Below are positions 50,072 through 63,092 of a DNA stretch of 64,000 bases, piece by piece. The DNA lies in the NCBI RefSeq assembly GCF_001194135.2, contig NC_069003.1, positions 35,737,645-35,801,644 of the forward strand. Reading direction: 5' to 3'. Position numbers and translations under genes: made by a program. Position 1 is the first letter of the stretch. Each line of letters opens with the position of its first letter. Source of the DNA: Octopus bimaculoides. Its lineage: Eukaryota. The notes under the pieces were generated by a model, which was not told where the DNA came from, made no database searches, and saw nothing but the letters and a program-made list of their open reading frames with translations.

Positions 50072-53000
50072 ACGGTTTCAAATCCTTGCACAAGGCCAGT
50101 AAGTTCACAAACTCTTTCGCCGTAGGCACCAGACAGAGAAAAACTGTCTCCCCTTTGTGATCAAAAGGAGACGGTGGGGTTATCTTCATGATGGAGTCAG
50201 AGGGATCCACCCTACGCATGGAAGCAACTGTTCCGCATAACTCCCCATGTAAGCAACGTTCGTGCACAGTACGATACTATGGAGTTTACCCTGAACCAGC
50301 AATGCCCAGTCCATAGTACTGCCAGGCTAGTGATTTCCATGGACCCCAGCTCAAAAGTCCTCCGGAAAGGACCATCCATTCATTTTCATCGACTCCAATT
50401 TGTTGCTGTGTCACCCGTTCTATTTTACGACATTTTATTCCTATTGTTTTGTGTATTATTGTTTTACTCAGTGTGTCCTGTACAATGATTTCATGGGTGC
50501 TAAGAGTAACCATTCTTCCATTTCGTTTTAAAATGCTTTTTCCATTTCTTAAATCATTCATCGACAGATTCACATCTTGTGTTTGACGCATCTCAGCTGC
50601 GAACTCATTAACGAGCGATTTGTTGTTTTTGTCGTTTTCAGCGATTGTGTTGGCGTTAATGGTGGCAGCAGTAGATGAATTTGCAGGCGTTATGTGTGAA
50701 GAATTTGTTTTCTTCTTTTTCCTGATTTTTTTTTTTTTGTTCATTGTTGTTGTTGCTTTGGCTGCTTTTGAAGAGGAATTTTAATCGTGCGACCAACATT
50801 AAGAAATGTTAGGACTCCGTTTATCATTTTGGGATGAACAATTTCTCTGTATGAGAAAGGTAGAAGTTTATTACTTTGTCTGCTCGGACTTTTGAAGAAA
50901 CCAAGAGGAGTCATTCATATATTATAATCAAATACAAAAAAAAAGCAGTACATTCTTATAGACATTTAGGTTCCTTCTAAGAACCAATTTCTTGTATGAA
51001 CATTTTAAGTAGAAATATTGGATATAAATCTAGAAAAAACGATGAAAAGAGTAAAATGCAAACCATCAACTAATGATGTGCACATGTTGAGGTAAATGGA
51101 AACATCAGGAAAATCTGAGCCATCAAACCGCAGCTCAGATCGTAAATAACAACTCTTTTACGACAGGAAACATCGAAGAAGCTTTCAGTATAATAACATT
51201 AACTTATGCATAATGAAGAGTGGTATCATTGACATTTTCGAGCTCTCCCAAGTTAGCATAAATTGATATCTGTATGAAAGAATTCTAGAGATTAATAGTT
51301 CTGATTAGGAAAGATTGGATGCAATGTTTAATGCCGTATTTCGAGCGTGACACACGGAATGAGGACGAGAAGTTGGTACATTAGGTTTCTTATTGCTAGG
51401 CAGCTTGTTAATTGAAAGCAACATAATTCGTTGTAGCAGAGGTAAAAGAAAAGCAGTAAGCAAAAACACTCTATGTTTGAGATACTAGTTGTTGTACTGG
51501 TAAGAGAGCCAATTAGATTTGTTTTTTTTTTTTAATTTATTCATATTTATCATGCAGGATTTGTGCGTGTCATCGTCCCAGTTATATGAACACTAATCTA
51601 ATGTACAGAGTACCTTAACAAACAAACAAGCTTATGCAACACGTTAAAACATCAACAATTAAAAATAAAATACCGGACGGGGAAATATGTAGAGCTGATC
51701 TTACCATGAAAAGCTTGTTTGACTTGGAAAGGTAACAAAAACAATAAGCATCGCTTCAGCGATAATGGTAACTACCGTTGTTACTCTAAATATAGCATTT
51801 ATAACAAAGATAAATCAGCATGAGGTATAAAATAAGATGAAATATAAAACAAGATATTCTCATACCCGAATCGATACTGTAACCACCAAATATTTTTATT
51901 ACTATCTAAATGAGTTGGCAAATTGTCTGATTTCGTTGTTGTTACTGTAAGGTAAATGTGTTAGTGAAGCCTTACCAAAACAAACAGGGGAAACACTGAC
52001 AGGAGAGAAGCTCAGCTTTTCCTCGGATAAAAATATCATAAACAAATCCAAGAGGACTCACGTCTTAAATTTAACTTTGAAATGTGGCCCACTGTCAATG
52101 TGAAATGTTTTATATTTATTAATAATTTTAATATTTGATGTGGTCAACTCAAAGGTGACAGCCGTTCAGGCAGATGATTTTGAGGGTGCATTGTTGTATT
52201 TCTATCGAAACAATAAGTGTCTTTCCAAATAACACAACAGAATACCTGCAGAAAACGACCAGATCAGTGGTCAGAGCGAGACATCAAGTATGGCGTCCAA
52301 TTAACTCAAAACTCAATACTTTAAGTGATGTATTTGATGTGTACAATTGATGTTTTGCTTACGTATGGAAGCTGAGTTTTGTGGAAAAAAATTTACAGTC
52401 TGATATGTCCCTGAAGATTAAACGAAATAGCTGAAGTAGTTTCACCCGGGAAATGAAATCAATGTGCCAAACCTCATCACTGCATTAAGACGCCCACCTT
52501 AATGCTATAGCTGCACAAACGAAACATTTATCTGATATAACGTAGAAAGAAACATGTCTATGAGAAATCATCCGGGATTATTAGTCAGAGATATATTTCA
52601 TAGAAACATTTCTTTATTTTTATCAGACATTCGTATCTGAATCTTATGATATTAGTTCAGACCGTCACTTACCAACTTCCTCATTTGCATCCTTCTTCTT
52701 ATTCGATATGCATAAAATATGAAAACTATAATTTCGTTATATTAAACCAACAGCGTTTTATGACCTATCATAAAATATATTCTGCTTCTCTGCTAAGTAC
52801 TGTGTCACTATATTGAGAAAGTCCACTCTTCTTATTTGCAATGTTTTCAAGAATTTAGCACAAGTTTTAGTCTGTGGTGGTGAATTTTTAATAGACAATG
52901 GTTTATAATCAAATTATATGGTCTAAAATTATTTGAAAGCATAAAGCCTAAACAAGTTATCATAAAACAATCCCATTATCAGAAAGCTAAAAATTAAGGA

Positions 53001-53687
53001 AACTTTCCAGCACTTGAAGTCCTTTTTAATTGTTGACAAATAAATGTAATATATTTCAATGTGTAATAGGTGTGTGTTTACATAATCTTACTTACATAAC
53101 TTCCTTGATGTTTCTGTTGGCATTTAGCACAAAGTTATTTTAAAAATAAGTTTTCCTCTTCTGACGAAAGGTTATTCAGTGGGATTGGCGACCACCTACA
53201 AAATGAATACTTTCCAAAAGACATCAGACATCTCCGAGTTCAGTCAACCATCAAAATAAGGGAACAACGAATTTCATTCTAAAGAGGAAGGGGACTGCAG
53301 GCTTCATCCGCATATGGATATCCTATTTAACACTTACATTTATCGTACGTTTGTTAGCCTAGTTTTCACAAGCCCAGCTTAATCCCGCAGCGAGATATAA
53401 CCGCGACTGGTTAATTATTATATCAACATATATAGACTGAAAATGAGAATAAAAAGATGTTTGAGAAAGATTTGGGATTGGTTGCGGAACATTAAAAGTT
53501 ACGACTTGTAATTCTTGTCTATAGAATTATATCTAATATAAATGGGTGGGGGGCGGATTTCCTTTTTACTAGTACATCCAACAAAATCTCCTGTGGGTTT
53601 GGAACCTCTTACGCGAAATATATTTGACACATGTTAGGACTGGTTACAGGCCAGTAGATCGAAGGTTTCGTAAGCGTTCTGACTAAT

Positions 53688-53726
<39 letters not shown>

Positions 53727-54170
53727 TACACACGAGCAGAGGGAGAGCTGCATTTCAACCAACCTAGGTAGTGCGACTTTAATTAACGTACGCTGGATTT
53801 TAATCACTGAGAACGCAGAACGACCCGACAGGTTGTCTCTACTCTGATAATGTCTATGGGGATTTAAGAAACGGAAAGAATGGATCTCATGGAAACTTTA
53901 CTGCAAGTTATTTTTTGGGACACCAATATATTTTGGTAGCTTATCACTTTGTCAGCCACTGTCAAACTGAAGAAATAACACGTTTAGTTACACAATATAT
54001 ANNNNNNNNNNNNNNNNNNNNNNNNNNNNNNNNNNNNNNNNNNNNNNNNNNNNNNNNNNNNNNNNNNNNNNNNNNNNNNNNNNNNNNNNNNNNNNNNNNN
54101 NNNNNNNNNNNNNNNNNNNNNNNNNNNNNNNNNNNNNNNNNNNNNNNNNNNNNNNNNNNNNNNNNNNNNN

Positions 54171-54203
<33 letters not shown>

Positions 54204-54369
54204 TGTTTAGCTGTCGATTTAGTTGGTGGATGAAATATAAATCGATCAGAAGTGTGCAGAGGGACGGAACGGTTACTTATATATCAACTTCGAAAAGTTA
54301 AAACTACACTGGAGCTAGGATGTGTGCGTTTGTGTGTGTCTGGAATTTTGTGTATATGTATGTACGTAG

Positions 54370-54485
54370 ATTAGCCTGCACCACTATGAGGCACCTAAGC
54401 CAAGTGTCTTCCACTATAACTTTATGCTGACCAAAGCTTTGTGATTGAATTTGGCAGACAGAGCGGTACAGAAAACCATTATATG
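54370..54485 (+). mobile_element. Type B SINE fragment
   Basis: gccaagtgtcttccactataac...gaccaaagctttgtgattgaatttggcagac matches the type B body. Confidence 0.7.
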
Positions 54486-55696
54486 CTTGTGTGCATGTGT
54501 GTATATACACACACATATATAAATACATACATACATGCATGCGCGCACGCACGCACACACAAACACACACACACAACACACATACACACGCAAAACTTGA
54601 TGCAATAGCTCTGCTCGATGCCTTAGGTGAAAACGAAAATCCGACGTGAGCGCACTCCATGTCTGTATTCTAAGCGTAACAGCGGGGAAGTGATGCAGCC
54701 TCCCGGTGCTCATGAAGGGTGATGTTACCTTCTACCCAAAGGAGTTTGCACATGCAGCATTAGTTTTGGCGGGGAAAATAAAGTCAGGTGCACCTCGTGT
54801 ATAAATGAAAAATTATATTTCTAAAAGTAGATTGTGGAGGAGGTTTCCGACGACTTAAATTGTCAAATTCGTCTTCTTAATTTTGCAGGTAAAATTTGCG
54901 TAAAGAAATGTATTTCCTCTATCTGCAAGAATAAGGAAAGTCTATATGTTAGCGAAAGAAAACTTAGTATTAAGCTTGCAGCTTAAAATATTTTAGCATT
55001 TACCATGTGGACAATTTTTAATAAATTATCATCATAAATAAGACGATATCTCTCTAAAATCTTCACAGAAGTCGTAAATCAAAGTTTTAAAATATTTTCT
55101 TGACTTTTAACCAGCAACGTTCGCTCTTAATGTTTCCTGTCCCTTCATCCCAATTTGTTGCTATTGATCACACGGTCTTCAGGGTTCGTTTTAAGTGGTT
55201 CCCTTCATTACGTTTTTTCTACGTTGTTGATATTTAATATTTGAATGAATATTGTAGAAATATATTTTATCATCTGTTTCTAGTTATCAAATGTCCCCGG
55301 AAGTATTTCAACTGCAGCATTTTGCTCATTCTTTTAGCTTCTTTACACCTACTCAACCTTGTCATGTTCATTTATATGAACTCTTTAACATGGATCTCAA
55401 AAAGAGGAAGAACTTTGAAATTTCTACAAAGTAATTCCTGCCGACTTCTAATTGCCAGGATCTCCTAAGCCTAAGTTCTCTAAGCTGCGAATGTTTTCTA
55501 GCCATTCCTGTTATAAATGACGATTACTCGCAACCTATTGTCTGTAGTACAACTTATCACATCAAATTCAATTAAGCTGTAATCAAAATTTAATTAAAAC
55601 TAAAAATTGAAATAGATATTATAGAAATATAATCCGAATATTTTCTACCAACCGTTAAATATCTGGTATCACTCATAAGATATTTTACAATTTGTC

Positions 55697-55750
<54 letters not shown>

Positions 55751-56699
55751 CCTCTCTCTCTCTCTCTCTCTCTTGCTCAATTAGAGCAGAAAGCTCTTGT
55801 TTCTTTTTTATCTAAAACAATAATACAACTTTGAGAATACATAAAAATTCCATTTATTAACAATAGATATTTCCATTATAATTTGAAAACTTAAAAATAT
55901 TATTCCGACAATCAAAAAATGGGAACCAAAATTTAAGCAGAAAATCTGATAGTAAATATTTACCAACAATCATATAATTTCAAAAGTGCTAAATTACTGT
56001 GTAATGAATTAGTACGATGATATTTATTCAACAATCAACTACTTAGAAAGAGATATTTACTCAACAATTGACTTATGTGACCGAAAATAGTTACTAGTGT
56101 GAAAGAAAATACTCGCAACAACCAACAAGTGCGAAAGAAAATATTTACACAGAGATCATTTTATTAATAGATGCAGTAAGAGATTCATCTATTATATGAA
56201 AGCTTTTTCTTCACTTAACTAAATAGTAGACAATATTTCATCAAAAGACTGAAGCTTCTTTATAACAAATGATGTATCTTAACGTTAAATGTTAATACTT
56301 GATAATACATTGCACACGTCTTTTACATGTTTCTTTTACAAACAGATGGTTCCTTTTAAATAAACATTACCTTTTTTATCTACTCTATATTCACTTGTAA
56401 TAATCACATGCATAAACATTCTATTTTTTTAAAATATGAAATATTGAACTGCAGATATTTACAAATGTTATCTAATGCTTAAATTGGTAAAGAATTATAG
56501 AATATCAGTTTGTTCAACCAACAGAACGTATTTTTCTGGAAGGGTGACTGGATGAAAATGATCAAACTTTAAACCTCTAAAAATTTTCTGGAAAAAGTGA
56601 AATATTTCCTGAGATTCAGCTTGGAAAACTACATTAATGTACCAAATTTTAAAATTTTCAATGAACTTTGATATTTCCACAACTGCAGCCAAATAGTAA

Positions 56700-57260
56700 A
56701 GATCCAAGAATTATATCAGGCTGGAGCAATGTTACTACCACATCTTCTGGAAAGAAAAGTCTTCCTTCCAGGTCTACTTTCATTTTCTGTTAAAGGCTCG
56801 TTGCAGAATAGGAATTGTATTTTCTACAAATGTTCTTGCGCTAAGCACTTATCACCTTCCCTGACGAAATTAACATCTTTTGGGTGGTGAATTTTGATGC
56901 TGTTTCTAGGCTTTAACTCTCTGCAGGTCCATCCATTTGGTAATTTCTGTAATAGCTTTCTCAGGCCTCCACTAATATCGACCTTCCTCAGTGCTTTAGA
57001 ATATCCGGTTAAAATGTGATTCAGATTCAACGTACAAAGAGTTACCCTTCCTTGCTGGGCAGGATCGGTCTTCTTCTTTGCTCCAGATTTCTATATTTTT
57101 AGAACGTTTAGAATAAGATTGTCAGCAGCAGGTCAACTATCATTGAAGGAAGGGCAGAAGGCAAGGCAACTCGCTGTAGTCGGCACCTAGGCTTCCTTCC
57201 AGGACACCAATTGCTCAAATGTCTAGTCCTGCTTTATCTACTCTCCTTGATGGAGAGCAG
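56700..57260 (-). mobile_element. HERO-like RLE non-LTR retrotransposon relic (zinc knuckle and RLE)
   Basis: EEDRSCP; LNLNHILTGYSKAL; VNFVREGDK; MKVDLEG; PEDVVVTLLQPDIIL. These match the recalled HERO pattern VDLxxxLxFP..TxLRPDIV. Confidence 0.7.
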
Positions 57261-57369
57261 ATGCATACATGTATGTATATACCTATGTACACATATATGC
57301 CTACATGCATGCCTACAAAGGGATGTATGTGTGTATACGGGCATGCACGGTTGGGTGATTATGTGTGTA

Positions 57370-57411
<42 letters not shown>

Positions 57412-58223
57412 NNNNNNNNNNTTATTCTTAAAACATTGCTTTTTATTTATCTGGTTTTATCTGTTGCCCCACCTTTCACGTAGGCAAAGTTTTAGTCACC
57501 GTGTAGCAAGCTACCAGAAAGAATAATTGTGGAGGCTGAAATTCGATTTTATTTATTCTTCCTCACTTTCACTTACTCTTTTTCTCTCTCTCTCTCTCTC
57601 TCTCGCCCTCTCCCTCTCTCTCTCTCTCTCTCCCCCTCTCTCTTACTCTCTCCCCCTTTCTCTCTCTGTCTCTTACTCTCTCTCTCTTTCCTTCTCTCTC
57701 TCTCTTTCCTTCTCTCTCTCTACCACTTGATTTTCTTATATTGTAAAGATGTTCATACACGTGTACTAACTTAAAGAGAAAAAACGATCAGCTAGGACAT
57801 TGCTGAATAATTCCAACGCTCTATTTAAGATGTTTCTTTGAATAATTTATTTTCATGTTATTGTTTATTCTTTTACTCATCTAGCTATATATTGACTCAT
57901 AATATTATTTAAGCCTTCATTTTTATTTACACTTTCATTCTGTTGCGTATATCTTATAATAGATTTTTATTCTATAATCATCGAAAACTTCCGCTATTCG
58001 CCGTCTTCAAACTGAAAGGTGGCCCCCGCATTGCGTGCGTGTGTGTTCCGTATGGTGTGCAGTTCCTCGGATGGGCTGAATCATGACTTTTCATTTTGCA
58101 TAGGCGTACAACTCACGACAACACTTTCATTTTAAAAAATGCAGCTCATTCGATCGAAGATGTTTTTTCTTTGAAAATGTGTGTGTGTATGTATGCATGT
58201 ATGTATGTGTATATGTATTATGT

Positions 58224-59288
58224 AGTATCTTCTATTTTTTAATTATTATAAATCTTCCATTGAGGAGGGAGTCGGTTTCCAACAAAGAGACAAGGCTCCA
58301 TCTTTGGGATGTAGTTAACACAGACAAATTCACATTTCGAATTTGAGAAAAGTCTTGCATATTTTTACTGTTCCACTCATAGAATGCATTTGTAATGTAT
58401 GAATTAGCCGGTCGATTTCTCTTTCGGAAATCCCAGTTTATCCAGATTCTCCTTTAAGCATTTGCTAACAAAACCTAGAGCTCCAATTATTATTGGTATG
58501 AATATGAATTCATAGTCTGGATATAGAAGCCTCTACCACCTTCATTTCTTTTTGACAGGTAGAGCCTGTCAACATCACTGATTTTGTGGAAGTTCCTAGA
58601 AGTTGTCAGGATTTTGCGGGTTTTGATATCTATGGAGTGGATTTCCTCTACAGACCAATCAAGTGTCCCAAATGTTGAGATCAGCACTGGTACTGCAGAT
58701 GCATTGTGGGATATTGTTTTGTTGTAAGAGGAGAGTTCCGACTGCCATATTTTCCCAAGTCTGGTGTAATATTCTCGGGTCATTCTATCTTTATTGACAG
58801 TGCTTTCATATGATACATTTTCATCTATGCCTAGGTACTTGTAACATTTTTTTTGTGTGGAATGGGGGAGAAAGAGAGACCGTTGATGCACAGATTTTGA
58901 GTTTGGGGGGACTGACTTTGCTCGTTCTATAACCAAATATGAACATTTCTTTTGGCCAAATTCCATGCCTATATCAGCTGAAAATGTTATTAATTCCAGT
59001 TGTTTTTTGGTATTGTTAACACATTTAGCATAAATCTTAAGATGGTCTACAAAGATATTATGAGTTACGTTGATATTTCTAGCAGTTAAAGATCCCAGCA
59101 TGTAGTCATTGGTTTTCTGCAGTTGGAATGATAAAGGATTGAGTGCCAAAATGAAAAGCAGTTCAGAAAGACTACCTTCCTGGAATATTCCCTTTGTAAT
59201 GCTAATACTATTAGAAACAATTATTCTGTTCTCCGTTGTAAGGGTAAGAATAGTTGTCCACGTTTTTGTGAGTCTCTCTATAGCAGCA
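58224..59288 (-). mobile_element. 5'-truncated, internally deleted CATA-type R4/Dong LINE flanked by (CATA)n-like repeats
   Basis: GIFQEGSLSELLFILALNPLS; HNIFVDHLKIY; FSADIGMEFGQKKC; YKYLGID; DVDRLYLSKRNEGGRG joined to LLYPDYEFIFIPIIIGALG...GTVKICKTFLKFEM*; then a 3' UTR. Repeats lie at 58188-58223 and 59289-59326. Confidence 0.92.
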
Positions 59289-59490
59289 ATGTATGTATGT
59301 GTGTGTATATATGTATGTATGTATGTGATTAATGTTTTCCCTATACAGTTATAAAGCTGGAAAACGACGCCATAGTGGAAATGTCATAATACTAAACGGG
59401 ATGTTAGTTATTTGTGTTTTCTATAACAGCAATGTTTATGCTAGTGGCGAACAAACTGTTTTAACCACGATCATTTGAATCTCATTATCT

Positions 59491-59494
<4 letters not shown>

Positions 59495-59577
<83 letters not shown>
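59495..59577. repeat. (CA)n microsatellite
   Basis: Directly visible. Confidence 0.98.
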
Positions 59578-59584
<7 letters not shown>

Positions 59585-59589
59585 ATGTA

Positions 59590-59960
59590 TATGATGGAAG
59601 CGTTTTAGCGTTTTAGCAGCTTGCCTTGCTTCCTGCGCAGTACCCAAGTTTCTGAGCCATAGATGAGAGTAGAGATGACACTTTACCAACCGCAAAATCT
59701 TTCAGCAGATCACCGTCCCGGGCAATGATACCATGTTGATAGTGAGATGGCTTAAATGGTAGATGGGCCAGCCACGTCTCAATCACAGCGAAATCCAAAA
59801 TGCAGATGGCTGTATTATGTATCGATCTCTGCCAGAGCAAAAGAGACAGAGGAAACTCCGGAAGCGTTTCCCATTCCAACTGAAATGCCAATTTATGCAG
59901 GCAGGAATAAATTCCAGAGTCACAGCATAGAGGTGGGTGGGGAGATTGCATCTAGACCGC
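59590..59960 (-). mobile_element. RTE/BovB-like LINE C-terminal relic
   Basis: AEIDT; SHLTIN; VISTLIYGSETWVLRRKQGKLLKR..FH, resembling VLSTLLYGSETW...LERFH. Confidence 0.65.
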
Positions 59961-61657
59961 AGCAAGCAATTTTGGGAAGGCCAGAGCAACTACAGCTGAT
60001 TGGATAAACCATAGGATGAAAGAAACCTTGTCAGGAACCTTATCTAATCAAAGCCTATATATCTGCCGTAAGTGCACCAATACCTGTCATTGAAAGATCG
60101 GTTTACATAGCCATTTAAAGTCTTGCTGCCATCATACACACATAGACACACACACGCACACACACACAAATATATATACGCACACATACATATACACACA
60201 CTCACACACACATATATATATGTATATATGTAGAGGAGCGACAAATGAAAGAAAGTGGCACTCAACGCATTTGTTGGGAGTTACATATCCCAACAGCAGT
60301 TTTACTCAGCTGCATGCAACTTTCGTAGGCTCGTACAACAAACTTGTCTCGTCAGCGATCTGAAGAAAAGAGTAGAGAGATATAAGACAAAATCATGATG
60401 GCCTCTAGATGCTAGACTTCTGTTGCTCCTCTCAAGTCACATGGTATTTGTCTGAAATCGATATCAGTTGTTTCCTTTATTCTTAGGCCGACGTGATCGG
60501 ATAGGGTATTGATAGGTAGCTATCGTCACTATGTCTGCCCACACCCACCGAGAGGCCAGCCCCAAGGAAAAATTAAGCTAAGAGCATTAGATTCCTTGGA
60601 AGAAAGCAGCGAATGTATACGAAAACAAGGACGGACAAAGACGGAGAATGTTACACAAATACAAATAACAGGACATAACAACAGGTGTCTTTCGCGCGCA
60701 CACACACACTCTCACACATGCATGTATATATACATTATATTATATCCTTATATTACAATATTTTATACTTTGGGCGCGTGCACGCTCGGATGTGTGTTTG
60801 AAAGAAATCAATGTTTATCATTTTTCCATACAAAACACTCATATAAGTTTGCATTTAAATCGCAACTGATGAGCAATAGCGTCGTTTGTTTCAAATTTCT
60901 AAGGAACCAAATCAGTGGATCACTGCATATCCAGCCTCAAGAGTGAGAAGGGAGTGTCTATGTAATTCGCTGCAGAATAACTATCTCAAGAAAGTCCATT
61001 CTGAAAGTATTGGTTTTTTCGGTTTTCCCGCCGATGTTTACAATGGCGAAAGATATATGCATACAAAAAGACGGTACTCCAGCATGACCTCGGTCGTTAT
61101 GGATAACGCGAACTGAAGAATGTACACATTCACACATATTTATATGTCTACATGTACGTGTGTGTGTGTGTGTGTGTGTGTGTTTAGAAGAGACTTTCCA
61201 CCCAAGTACCTCTCCGTTGGATTGAATCTGGATCTTAATATGGCAGAGAAGCTAATATCTCAACCATACAGCCGTAGTTGATGCTTTTCTCCATGTGTTC
61301 ACTTGCTTCTAAAATACGGCTTTCAATACTTTACATACGCATGCATACTCACAAACACGCACGCATATACACTATCAAACACATGCGATCACTTACACAT
61401 AAACACAAATACACGCACGAGCGTACAAACACAATATAGTTTTTAAAAAAAACGCGTTTACACAGAAATATATACAAACTACAGATAAATACAGACAGAT
61501 ACCAACATCAAATACACATAACTTTAGAAACACTCGCCGAAACACAGACATACACCAAAAGATAAACACCGACATGCTCCGATGAACACAGATGTTGCTC
61601 TAAAGAAATACAATACACTGACACATACTGGCAACGGAGACGGGCCTAGATACACAT

Positions 61658-61723
61658 ACATCACACGTACATCACACGTACATCACACGTACATCACACA
61701 TACATCACACGTACATCACACGT
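61658..61723. repeat. Minisatellite, 6 x ACATCACACGT (11 bp)
   Basis: Six contiguous units; the fourth has a G>A change. Confidence 0.95.
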
Positions 61724-62258
61724 ACAAAAACATAAAAACGACGCGCTCGTGTTTCTCTGCAAACTCTCCAACACATAAAGGCTACACATAAAACAAAATG
61801 GCATACAATGAATTAACAGTCAGACATGCAGCACACACACGCACACACACACACACACGCACGCATACATACACACACATACAAATAAGCATCTTTCAAA
61901 CACATGCATACAGGCAGACATGGGTAGTGTTTTGTCAGAAATATATTTAGCAACGAGTTCCTTTTACTATCTTCGCCTTTTCCTCTCCTTTTTTTTTTTT
62001 TTTTTGGTTTCCTTTGAATTGATATCCACACGAGACCTTTCCCTTTTATAACTGCCTTTTCGTCGTCACCATCCCTCTTTACCTGTCCATTCTTTACTGA
62101 GCCATACCACCATGCATCCCTTCCCACAACTCCAACTGTTAACGCTACACACTAAGGTGTGTTGCTTTTAAGAAATTTCCTTAGTCCCTTATTCTCTCTT
62201 TCTGGTCTTCAACTAGAACGCCTTTCTCTCTTTCTCTCTTTCTCTCTCTCACTCACCA

Positions 62259-62320
<62 letters not shown>

Positions 62321-62611
62321 TCTCTACCTACCTGTCTATCTATGTATCTATATCAATTAATCTCTTCTAAGCCTATTTTATGGAACACTCTTGTGGCTTC
62401 CTCTTATAAATGTATTCCAGCAAGACATAGAATCTGTTCAATTTCTTTCAAATATCTAAGTGTAGATCTCAAATCTCAATTAAACGTACTTATCCAACCA
62501 GACAAGTTTTTAATAAAATTATATCCCGAATACGATAACATCATCAAATACACCCACCTATCTTCCCGCCAAAACGCCACAACCAAACTTATATTCTTTT
62601 GTTTTATTTCT

Positions 62612-62903
62612 GCGAGCTGGCTGTGTGGTTAAAAACCTTGCTTCCCAACCATGAAGTCCTGAGTTCGCTCTCACTGCTCGGCATCGTGCCAAATATCTTC
62701 TACTATAACCTCTTGCCGACCAAAGCCTCGTGAGTAGATCTGGTGGACTTGATTGATAGAAACTGAAAGAATCCCTTCGCTTTTGCAGGTGTGTGTGTGT
62801 GTGTCTTTGTGCTTTCTCTCACCACTGCTTGACAACTGGTGCTGGTTCGTTTACGTCTCAGTAACTTAGTGGTTCGGCAAAAGAAACGACAAAATAAGTA
62901 CCA
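62612..62903 (+). mobile_element. Type B SINE (older)
   Basis: tRNA-like head gctggctgtgtggtt..., tcttctactataacc, internal TG tract, and gcttgacaactggtgctgg...agtaacttagtggttcggcaaaag. Confidence 0.85.
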
Positions 62904-63019
62904 TACATACATAAAATGCATAGCCAGTGTACTTCACCAAAAACCAGCATTCCAAATTACTGCCAGAAAAATGTTCAAACCACCAGAAATGTTATGTGCT
63001 CCCTAAAAGATCAAACTCG

Positions 63020-63092
63020 AATAATCGAACTGCTATTGTAATCAGTCAAACTGCTATTGCAATAATCGAACAGCTATTGTAATCAGTCAAAC
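63020..63092. repeat. 41-bp tandem repeat built from alternating 20- and 21-bp subunits
   Basis: 63020-63060 is repeated from 63061 with one mismatch. Both subunits share actgctattg. Confidence 0.9.

Larger units (their letters stand above)
3744..57421. other. Twelve assembly gaps (N runs)
   Basis: Approximate spans: 3744-4287, 21709-22134, 22829-22838, 25627-25904, 26686-27612, 28285-28384, 29944-30662, 37009-37049, 43686-43695, 47666-48236, 54002-54170, 57412-57421. Most border microsatellites, as expected for a short-read assembly. Confidence 0.98.

Noticed and set aside
3680-54202. Long ORFs in the track containing runs of X (for example 26483-27841, 29873-30844, 47592-48533)
   Set aside because: They are open only because N runs contain no stop codons.
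54868-54894. Polypyrimidine-CAG/GTAAAA resembling a recursive splice site
   Set aside because: The donor is weak and no host gene has been established.
56490-56700. gattcagc-containing AT-rich segment resembling a CMC/Transib-type end
   Set aside because: No partner inverted repeat or TSD could be found.
61658-63092. Short tandem arrays considered as CRISPR-like repeats
   Set aside because: The units are contiguous with no unique spacers, there are no cas genes, and the context is eukaryotic.
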